A stretch of 64,000 bases of DNA from Eledone cirrhosa. Its lineage: Eukaryota. The position numbers and the translations under genes were made by a program. Below the pieces are notes generated by a model. It saw only the letters and a program-made list of their open reading frames with translations, did no database searches and was not told the origin of the DNA. Position 1 is the stretch's first letter. Each line of letters starts with the position of its first letter. Below are positions 54,368 to 64,000 of the stretch, piece after piece. The stretch is taken from assembly GCA_964016885.1 (NCBI GenBank), contig OZ024741.1:87482001-87546000 (forward strand). The letters run 5' to 3'.

Positions 54368-57300
54368 TAGAAATTGATCAGATCAAGCTATTAGCACAAA
54401 GTCAGCGAAGGGAAAATGAAACATGTGTCAGTGAAAACGAGGTAAATTGTAACACTTCGAATCCCAGGGTTGGGGCGGAATCACTGGCAACAGAACAAAT
54501 TAAAGAAAGGATCGAAAAAGTGGAGTGAGTGCATGCTCAAGATGAAACTCCAAATGAAAATAATGAGATCGTAAATGATAAAGAAATGAATGAGAATGAA
54601 CTTGCCAACTTGAAGGATGAAATTATGATCGAATGGATGAAAATGAAAGAATCTGACATGGGGCAACGAGACACCCTCCCTAAGATCCAGAACTCCAAAC
54701 AGAACCAAAAGATAATACACAAGACTAACATAATTCTCAAAAACATTATCATCACAAACAAGCTAAACATTACTGATTTAAATCATCTCTATTATGCATC
54801 GGCTAAAGTCACCACTCACTTATGTGGAGTGAAGATGAAAAAATAAAGGAATTCCCACAAGAAATCTACTTGGCAAGAGAACATCAATCGCCAAATAAAC
54901 CTTCTCCGATCTGACATAGAAATTTTAACAAACTATAAAGTAGGTGAACATGTTAAACAAACTAAACTTAGAAAATTGAATAAAAAGTACAGTATAAAAT
55001 CAACAAGTGACATAGACATGCTGATAGAAATAATCAAACAAAAAGTGTCGGCCAAAGCTGCTCGTATAAGGCGCTTTGAAAAACGATCTAGATTCTATAA
55101 GGACAATAATATGTTCAAAAACAACCAAAGAAACTTCTACAGAAAAATTGGTAAGTCAACAATAACTGCTAAATCAATACCACCCAAGGAGGAAGTGCAA
55201 GAATTCTGGGAAAAGATCTGGGCCGAAGAAAAAGTTCATAACATACATGCCCCATGGATAGACAGACAAATGAAAGATACAGCTCACCTTGAGGAACAAA
55301 TATGGGAAAATATAACAGTTGAACAGTTGCGCTTGGCTCTAAGAAAAACCAGCAAATGGAAATCCCCAGGAAAAGACAAAATACAAAACTTTTGGATAAA
55401 TGCCTTCACAGAGTCTCATGAGCTGTTAGCCCAACTTTACAATGAAATAGTTAAGGAGCCAGAAAAGATACCATCATGGCTAGTTAACGGCATTACATTC
55501 CTGCTTCCGAAGAATGATGAGACAAACAATCCCAAAATTTACAGACCGATAACTTGCTTGACCACAATGTATAAAATTTTAACATCAGTCCTAACTGAAT
55601 ATACATATGACCACCTGATAACAAATGACCTGTTTCCCATTGGGCAGAAAGGGTGTAAACGAGGCTCATATGGCTGTAAGGATCAGCTTCTGGTTAACAA
55701 AATGATACTGAAAGATTGTCATAATAGACACAAAAATCTATCGATTGCTTGGATATATTATAAAAAAGCATTCGATAGTTTGCCACACAGTTGGATTGAA
55801 AAATGTTTAGAGATTTTCAAAATATCCCCCGTTGTCAGGAGGTTTTTGTCATTCAGTATGAAGACATGGAAAACGACACTCCTTTTGAATAGTGAAACAA
55901 AATCACTGGAAGCTGGAGAAGTTAATATTAATTGTGGAATTTTTCAGGGTGACTCTTTATCACCGCTTTTATTCTGCATCGCACTTATACCATTAAGTAA
56001 AATGCTCAATGAAACAAAACATGGATATAAAGTCTATGACAAAACCATTAATCACTTGTTCTACATGGATGACCTGAAACTATTTGCAAAAAATGATGAA
56101 CAATTGCAAGGGCTATTATCCACTGTGGAGCAGTTCAGTGATGACATTAAAATGGAGTTTGGACTAGACAAATGCGCCAAAGCAACGTTCACCAGAGGAA
56201 AGCTGCTGAAGAGTTCAGACATTAATCTTGATCGGGGGAACGTGATGAGAGAACTTGATCAAGAAAAAACTTACAAATATCTAGGTGTTTGTGAAAGAGA
56301 TGGAATCAAGCACTCGACAATGAGGGAAAGGATAAGGAAGGAATGTTACCGCAGAGTAAGAGCAATCTTAAGAACGGAATTGAATGCAAGGAATAGGATC
56401 GATGCCATAAACACGCTTGCCATACCAGTAGTAACCTACAGTTACAATGTCATCAACTGGTCAAGCACAAAGATCCGTAGGCTCGATACAAAAATTCGAA
56501 AACTCTTAACCATGCACAGAATGCATCACCCTCAGGCCAGAATATATCTCCCTAGGAAAGAAGGAGGACGTGGGTTAATCCAGTTAGACATTGCATTGAA
56601 AACTGCAACAATTGGATTATCTACATATCTAAGGGAATCACATGATTGGATGATCAAACTCGTTTTGAAACACGAAAGCATCAAAAGATCATATTCCATT
56701 ACAAAAGATGCACAAAGATACAGTAATGGACTACAAATTTCAGAAGTCCCATTTACTGCTGAAATGGAAAACACAGAAAAAGCAAAGCAGGTAAAAGTAA
56801 CTGCAAAGAAAGAACTGCTACAGAAACTGGCTAAGAAATGGCAAGAAAAGCCTCTGTATGGAAAATACCCAGAACGAGCTAACAATCCTGATGTTGACAA
56901 AACTTTAACCCATCAGTGGTTGGCATCCTCTGGACTGAAATCGGAGACTGAAGGACTGATTATATCAGCACAAGATCAATGTCTGCCAACAAAAAATTAC
57001 CAAGCCAACATAATAAAAAATGGATGCAGCCCATTATGCCGTGTATGCAAAAAACAACCAGAGACCATTGACCATATAATTTCAATGTGCAGTCCTATAG
57101 CTCCAACCGAATACCTAAACAGGCATGACAGAGTTGCACAATACATACATTGGATAATGTGTATGCATTTTGACCTGCCCCATCAAAAGAATTGGTGGGA
57201 GCATCAACCACCTCCCATACTTGAAAAAGATCACATCTCAATCTTGTGGAACTTTAGCATCCAAACAGACCGAAAAATAGATGCAAATAGACCTGATATA

Positions 57301-57748
57301 ATATTGAAGGACTTTAAAAAGAGGGTATGCCTGCTAATTGATATGTCTGTTCCAATAGACAAGAATGTATCTATAAAAACATTTGAAAAATTGAGCAAGT
57401 ATAAGGACCTGGAGATAAAAATTGGAAAAATGTGGAAATTGAGAACTAAAACAATACCAGTGGTTGTAGGCGCTCTGGGAATGATACCTAAGGGGTCTAA
57501 TGATTACTTATCGCAAATCCCAGGAAACCCGCGTATAGGAGAAATACAAAAGATAGTACTAATGGGAACTGCCCATATACTAAGGAAGATTCTGTCAATA
57601 TAAGTACATCACAAGTCTAAACACTAAAGATGCATGTGTGAGTATGTATGTTCTTTCTTGAACATGGCGGACCTTGTTGTCTCTTGAGGTCACTGGTTGT
57701 GACTTGGTGATAACTCGTATGAACATAAAGCAAGATAAATGCAACTGT
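54368..57748 (+). mobile_element. R4/Dong-like RT-RLE family D, near full length
   Basis: Upstream ORF remnants at 54368-54975, then the 875-aa ORF. Bounded by (AAT)n at 54343-54367 and from 57749. Confidence 0.95.
54976..57603 (+). CDS. Non-LTR retrotransposon reverse transcriptase, CCHC zinc knuckle and restriction-like endonuclease (uninterrupted 875-aa part of the family D ORF)
   Basis: WKSPGKD, YRPITCL, KKAFDSLPH, GIFQGDSLSP, FYMDDLKLF, KEGGRGL, CRVCKKQPETIDHIISMC, RHD, RPDIIL...DMSVP...KLSKY. The N-terminal part is disrupted upstream. Confidence 0.9.
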   Translation: MNKKYSIKSTSDIDMLIEIIKQKVSAKAARIRRFEKRSRFYKDNNMFKNNQRNFYRKIGKSTITAKSIPPKEEVQEFWEKIWAEEKVHNIHAPWIDRQMKDTAHLEEQIWENITVEQLRLALRKTSKWKSPGKDKIQNFWINAFTESHELLAQLYNEIVKEPEKIPSWLVNGITFLLPKNDETNNPKIYRPITCLTTMYKILTSVLTEYTYDHLITNDLFPIGQKGCKRGSYGCKDQLLVNKMILKDCHNRHKNLSIAWIYYKKAFDSLPHSWIEKCLEIFKISPVVRRFLSFSMKTWKTTLLLNSETKSLEAGEVNINCGIFQGDSLSPLLFCIALIPLSKMLNETKHGYKVYDKTINHLFYMDDLKLFAKNDEQLQGLLSTVEQFSDDIKMEFGLDKCAKATFTRGKLLKSSDINLDRGNVMRELDQEKTYKYLGVCERDGIKHSTMRERIRKECYRRVRAILRTELNARNRIDAINTLAIPVVTYSYNVINWSSTKIRRLDTKIRKLLTMHRMHHPQARIYLPRKEGGRGLIQLDIALKTATIGLSTYLRESHDWMIKLVLKHESIKRSYSITKDAQRYSNGLQISEVPFTAEMENTEKAKQVKVTAKKELLQKLAKKWQEKPLYGKYPERANNPDVDKTLTHQWLASSGLKSETEGLIISAQDQCLPTKNYQANIIKNGCSPLCRVCKKQPETIDHIISMCSPIAPTEYLNRHDRVAQYIHWIMCMHFDLPHQKNWWEHQPPPILEKDHISILWNFSIQTDRKIDANRPDIILKDFKKRVCLLIDMSVPIDKNVSIKTFEKLSKYKDLEIKIGKMWKLRTKTIPVVVGALGMIPKGSNDYLSQIPGNPRIGEIQKIVLMGTAHILRKILSI

Positions 57749-57783
57749 AATAATAATAATAATAATAATTGTAATAATAATGA

Positions 57784-58660
57784 TTTCTTTATTAACCACA
57801 AGGGTTTACACAAAGTAGACATTAAGGACAGTACAGGACAATACAGGACGGTACAAATAAGCATTTCTGCGTGTAAAAAAACAAAAAAACAGAGGATGTA
57901 ATAAAAGAACAATGAAAAATTCCCCAATATGGGGGAGACTTCCGAGGGCCATCGTGGAGAAAGCCCATTAAAAAAAGCCACGGTGACCCTGACCACCGGG
58001 GAAATTGTCCTCTCCCAGTTTTCCACCTTCAATTTACAGGCATATACTCAGAGTAGGTCCATTCACTCGGGCCATTCTTGCCTCTCTCACCCATCTTTCA
58101 ACAAAAATCTGGGAAGAGAGCACCTCCCTCTCTACCCTGATTTTCCTTTTCAAATGAAATTGGAAAAAGTTAATCAGGGCATCACCGAAGAGGTAAGTGC
58201 TCGTCTTCAGCCCTTTCAGACGCATCCACCATACTATCTCTTTCGCCATGGCCACCAGACAGATAAAAACTGTCTGCCCTTCCCGGCTAAAGGAAGAGGG
58301 CGGGGCAATCCTCACGATGGACTCAGATGATAGCCGGATCCGTCCTACACTCGACAGCAGTTGTTCGACGTAAACCCACAAGTCAGCAATGCTCGGACAC
58401 TGGACGAGTGCATGCAGGACGATTTCGTCGCCCTGCGCGCATCTCGGACATGCCCGGCTGACGGCACCTCCATGCCTGTAGAGTTTATCCCGAACTGGCA
58501 AAGCTCCTCGGTAGCACTGCCAGGCCAGGGATTTCTGGAAGTTATCCATAGAGCCCGGACCGAAAGTTCTTCAAAAGAGATTGGCTAGTTGATTTTCGTC
58601 GACGCCTAGAGTTTCCCCAAGTCGCTCTTCCCTCCACTAATCCTCTATAGAACGCCGAGG
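57784..58660 (-). mobile_element. Tx1/L1-clade 3' fragment (same family as 50443-54015)
   Basis: ORF 58034-58549 reads FQKSLAWQCYRGALPVRDKL...CPRC...HALVQC. Flanked on both sides by (AAT)n. Confidence 0.92.
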
Positions 58661-58909
58661 ATAATAATAATAATAATTGCTTCTACTTTAGGCACAAGGC
58701 CAGCAATTACCCAGTGCATTACTGGTACTTTATTTTATCGACCCAGTAAAGATGAAAGGCAAAGTCAACTTCGGCGGGATTTGAACTCAGATCGTAAAGG
58801 GACGTAATAATAATGATAATAATAATTCAAACATTACATTACAAAGAAACTTATGCTTATTTTTTTTTTTTGGGGGGGGGGGGGGTTACCTATTTGTTTG
58901 TTTGTTTAT

Positions 58910-61789
58910 TTATGTTCGTCTACAGCGTGATAGTGCCACACTAAAATCACCGGGGTTGATGAAATCACTGGTGGTTATGTAACCATACATTCACTAATCC
59001 TCGATAAGAGTGTTTAAATGTCGAACCTAAACAGTTCGAATAACGGTGAAATGGAGACTAGAATGTCATGTGACAGACTCTCACCCAACAGGTGCTCCCT
59101 GGCTCAGCAGCAGGGACCTGGCTGTCAACCAAATACTGCTAGTGTCGGAGGAAGAAGAAGGAAAGGGACCAGAACCAACTGGACGAAAGAATTGAATAGA
59201 ACTGTTATGCAATGTTACCTGAAGAGTAACCCCAATGAAAAAGGCTATAGGAAACGGATGCATAACATCTGGAACGAGATTGGTCTATTTAAATTAGATG
59301 AACAAAAATTGGCCGGGCAGGCTCGGGTAATAAGAACTAATGGGTGGATAAGCGAGCTGGAACTGAGCAGAGAGATTAGGTTGGAAATGGAGAGTGGAGT
59401 ATGCCAGACAAACGAGCCAGTGGGAAATGAAGGTGAAGAGGTTGAGGGAATGGAGGAACCACCCGAAGCAGACAATGATCTGAATGCTGAAATAAATAAT
59501 ACCTGGAACAGAGATGCGGCCATTGAGGAGATGAATAATGACGGGCTAGGTCAAGATTTGGTTGATATCCTAAACTTAGTGGTAGATGAAATGAACAATG
59601 ATAGTGGGAAACCTATGAACCTAAGATTTGTAGACAGGAAACACTTAAAAGAAACAACAGCTAAGGTAAACAAAGTCATCCCATACCTTGAAGCGAGGAG
59701 CCTTTACCAGTGCAACAATATCTTCAAAGCAACAGCAAATGCGGTGAGGAAATTACTTGGCATAAAAGCGAGAGGAAACAACAAACAAGAAAGATCAGAA
59801 CCTTGGTGGAAGAAACGACTGAATGGTCAAATCAGGGAAATGAGAAATGACATTGGAAAGCTTGAGTCCCTACTGAATGGGACACTAAAAAATAGAACAC
59901 TAAAAATAGACTGGAAATAAAGTACAAAACTAGGAGGAAAAAGCTAAATATTATCATAGAGGAAGTGAAGCAACGCATTGTAGCAAAGAGTGCAAAAATT
60001 AGGCTATTCGAGAGCAGAGTCAGTCAGTATAGACAGAACCGCATGTTAACATCAGACAGTTGTTGAGCAAAGGTATGAAGTCCTGGGAAACAGAGTTAAC
60101 ATCAGCTGGAGAATCCTTGGGAGGCGTGAAGATCAAGAGAGATATCTTCCAGGGAGATAGTCTGTCCCCTCTGTTATTTGTCCTTGCCCTGATGCCCCTT
60201 ACCATTATACTGCGAAAAGTGAGAGCAGGATACAAGTTGGGAAAGGGAGAGCTTACCATCAATCACCACCTCTTCATGGACGATCTTAAGCTCTTCGGGA
60301 AGAGTGAGGTGGAGTTGGATGTGCTTGTTGACACTGTCCGTATTTTCAGCAATGATATATGTATGCAATTTGGTATTAGTAAGTGTGGAGTCCTTGTGAT
60401 GAAGAGGGGTAAATTGAGCAGAAGCAACGGAATCCAGGTACCAACAGGTGAGATGATAAAGGAAATTGACACTGATAAAGGATACAAGTATTTGGGTGTT
60501 CTGGAGGCTGATGACATCAAGAACAGAAAAATGAAGGAATTGATAAGATCTGAAAACATTCGAAGAATAAGGAGCATATTAAAGTCACATCTGAACACTA
60601 GGAATGCCATAAGTGCAGTAAATTCCCGTGCTGTGTCTATTATTAGGTACAGTGCAGGAATTCTGAGATGGAATGTTGCTGAACAAAAAGAAATGGATAG
60701 GAAGACTAGGAAGCTATTGACTATCTACAACATGTTCCACAAGAGGAGTGATGTCGATAGACTTTACTTAAGGAGATCTGAAGGTGGAAGAGGTCTTATC
60801 ATCATAGAGGACTGTGTTCAGATGGAGAAAAACAACCTACACAAATACGTGACCGATAGTAAGGAGCCAATGCTCAGAATTGTACTGAAGGAGAGGACAA
60901 TGGACCAGGGGATGTCCAAGGAGGAAATAACAACAAGGAGAAAGAGCAGCCTTCATGAAAAATCCCTTCATAGTACCTTCTTTGAGAAAACGGAATTCAG
61001 AGATCCACAGACATGGAACTGGTTGAAAAGAAGAGACCTTAAAAAAGCTACAGAAGGAATGCTAATGGCTGCGCAAGAGCAGGCCCTCAAAACGAAGTGG
61101 GTGAAACACCATATTTACAAGGAGGAGGCTAGCTCACTGTGTAAGATCTGTGGAGAGAGAGGGGAGACTGTGCGTCACATTGTATCCGAGTGTAAACACC
61201 AAGCTCAGACTCACTATAAAGGCTGGAGACATGATGTGATGTGCAGGGTGATCCACTGGCACCTATGCAAAGTAAACAATTTACCACATTCTGAGAAGTG
61301 GTATGAGCATAAGCCAGAGGCGGTGATAGAAAACGATCAGGTGAAGGTGATGTGGGATTTTAGGATACAGACGGACAAGAAACTGGAACACAATAGACCT
61401 GGCCTGGTGGTTTGGGACAAGGAAAAACGATCGTGCCTGATCGTGGATGTGGCCTTCCCATTCGAAGCGAGAGTGCAAGAGAAGGAGAGGGAGAAAATTA
61501 ACCGATACCAGGACTTAAAGTGGGAGGTAAAAAGGATTTGGAACTGCCATGAAGTCAAAGTGGTCCCGATTGTCATAGGCGCACTAGGTACTATCTCAAT
61601 GAGTTTCCAGGGATAGTTAAAGAAGATTAGTCCAGTCCCACTTTTTGGAACACTTCAAAAGGCATGCTTGCTGGCAACAGCAAGAACTCTCCGATACGTC
61701 CTGAATATCTGAGGCTGCAGGTAGCAGCTTGATATTCATTTCAACAAACTTTCCAGTTAAATAACATGAATGACTGAGACTCAAAGAAC

Positions 61790-61790
<1 letters not shown>
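58910..61790 (+). mobile_element. R4/Dong-like family C with N-terminus retained but an internal RT deletion
   Basis: ORF 59018-59920 (RTNWTKELN...MQCY...GYRKRMHNIW), a junction at ~60047, then ORF 60060-61616 with the RT C-terminal half, CCHC and RLE. (AAT)n tail. The 5' boundary is approximate. Confidence 0.92.
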
Positions 61791-61844
<54 letters not shown>

Positions 61845-61847
<3 letters not shown>

Positions 61848-62250
61848 GAACACAATAGACCTGACCTGGTGGTTGTGGACAAAGAAAAAAGATCGTGCCT
61901 GATTGTGGATGTGGCCTGCCCGTTCGACACGAGAGTGCAAGAGAAGGAGAGGGAGAAAATTAACCGATACCAGGACCTAAAGTGGGAGGTGAAAAGGATT
62001 TGGAACTGCCATGAAGTCAAAGTGATCCCGATTGTCATAGGCGCACTGGGGACTATCTCCAAAAGTTTCCAGGGATGGTTAAAGAAAATCGGCCCCTTCA
62101 CGCTTTTTGGAACGCTTCAAAAGGCATGCTTGCTTGGAACAGCAAGAACCCTCCGATACGTCCCGAATATCTGAGGCTGCAGGTAGTGGCTTGATATTCA
62201 ATCCAACGGACTTTCCAGTTAACCAACATCAATGACTGAGATTCAAGGAA
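61845..62250 (+). mobile_element. R4/Dong-like family C short 3' copy
   Basis: EHNRPDLVVVD...DVACPFD...LRYVPNI, between two (AAT)n tracts. Confidence 0.92.
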
Positions 62251-62257
62251 TAACAAC

Positions 62258-62287
<30 letters not shown>

Positions 62288-62291
<4 letters not shown>

Positions 62292-64000
62292 GTTAAGGAG
62301 CCAGAAAAGATACCATCATGGCTAGTTAACGGCATTACATTCCTGCTTCCGAAGAATGATGAGACAAACAATCCCAAAAATTACAGACCGATAACGTGCT
62401 TGACCACAATATATAAAATTTTAACATCAGTCCTAACTGAATATACATATGACCACCTGATAACAAATGACCTATTTCCCATTGAGCAGAAAGGGTGTAA
62501 ACGAGGCTCATATGGCTGTAAGGATCAGCTTTTGGTTAACAAAATTATACTGGAAGATTGTCATAATAGACACAAAAATCTATCGATTGCTTGGATAGAT
62601 TATAAAAAAGCATTCGATAGTTTGCCACACAGTTGGATTGAAAAATGTTTAGAGATTTTCAAAATATCCCCCGTTGTCAGGAGGTTTTTGTCATTCAGTA
62701 TGAAGACATGGAAAACGACACTCCTTTTGATTAGTGAAACAAAATCACTGGAAGCTGGAGAAGTTAATATTAATTGTGGAATTTTTCAGGGTGACTCTTT
62801 ATCACCGCTTTTATTCTGCATCGCACTTATACCATTAAGTAAAATGCTCAATGAAACAAAACATGGATATAAAGTCTATGACAAAGCCATTAATCACTTG
62901 TTCTACATGGATGACCTGAAACTATTTGCAAAAAATGATGAACAATTGCAGTTCAGTGATGACATTAAAATGGAGTTTGGACTAGATAAATGCGCCAAAG
63001 CAACGTTCACCAGAGGAAAGCTGCTGAAGAGTTCAGACATTAATCTTGATCGGGGGAACGTGATGAGAGAACTTGATCAAGAAAAAACTTACAAATATCT
63101 AGGTGTTTGTGAAAGAGATGGAATCAAGCACTCGACAATGAGGGAAAGGATAAGGAAGGAATGTTACCGCAGAGTAAGAGCAATCTTAAGAACGGAATTG
63201 AATGCAAGGAATAGGATCGATGCCATAAACACGCTTGCCATACCAGTAGTAACCTACAGTTACAATGTCATCAACTGGTCAAGCACAGAGATCCGTAGGC
63301 TCGATACAAAAATTCGAAAACTCTTAACCATGCACAGAATGCATCACCCTAAGGCAGATATAGATAGAATATATCTCCCTAGGAAAGAAGGAGGACGTGG
63401 GTTAATCCAGTTAGACATTGCGTTGAAAACTGCAACAATTGGATTATCTACATATCTAAGGGAATCACATGATTGGATGATCAAACTCGTTTTGAAACAC
63501 GAAAGCATCAAAAGATCATACTCCATTACAAAAGATGCACATGGACTACACATTCCAGAAGTCCCATTTACTGCTGAAATGGAAAACACAGAAAAAGCAA
63601 AGCAGGTAAAAGTAACTGCAAAGAAAGAACTGCTACAGAAACTGGCTAAGAAATGGCAAGAAAAGCCTCTGTATGGAAAATACCCAGAACGAGCTAACAA
63701 TCCTGATGTTGACAAAACTTTAACCCATCAGTGGTTGGCATCCTCTGGACTGAAATCGGAGACTGAAGGACTGATTATATCAGCACAAGATCAGTGTCTG
63801 CCAACAAAAAATTACCAAGCCAACATAATAAAAAATGGATGCAGCCCATTATGCCGTGTATGCAAAAAACAACCAGAGACCATTGACCATATAATTTCAA
63901 TGTGCAGTCCTATAGCTCCAACCGAATACCTAAACAGGCATGACAGAGTTGCACAATACATACATTGGATAATGTGTAAGCATTTTGACCTGCCCCATCA
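62288..64000 (+). mobile_element. R4/Dong-like family D, 5'-truncated, running off the window
   Basis: Near-identical to 55446-57183 with small indels; begins directly after (AAT)n. Confidence 0.93.

Noticed and set aside
58860-59000. HDV-like ribozyme at the 5' end of family C (also looked for at the family A 5' end, ~20520-20724)
   Set aside because: Could not build the nested P1/P1.1/P2/P3 double pseudoknot by eye.

Overview
AT-rich, microsatellite-dense animal genomic DNA. The tRNA-derived SINE families resemble those of octopods (inference from recalled SINE motifs, no search run). I see no host protein-coding gene; most ORFs in the track are translations of (TA)n, (CA)n, (CATA)n, (GA)n or (GAAAAA)n repeats. 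The window is a mosaic of retroelements sitting in specific microsatellites. (1) Penelope-like (GIY-YIG) remnants and their terminal repeats are embedded mainly in (TA)n. They carry about 15 type I hammerhead-ribozyme motifs read directly from the sequence, including non-canonical cores (UUGAAAA/UUGAUAA with U3-A8, CCGANGA, CAGAAGA). (2) Four families of R4/Dong-like RT-RLE non-LTR retrotransposons are present, two bounded by (CATA)n (13-33 kb) and two by (AAT)n (48-64 kb). (3) A Tx1/L1-type APE-RT element sits in the same (AAT)n array in the opposite orientation. (4) There are also an RTE-like non-autonomous element, a CRE-like RLE remnant, a Chapaev3-like transposase remnant, many SINEs (some with clean TSDs), and several fold-back structures next to (TA)n. 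All pairings and alignments were done by eye.
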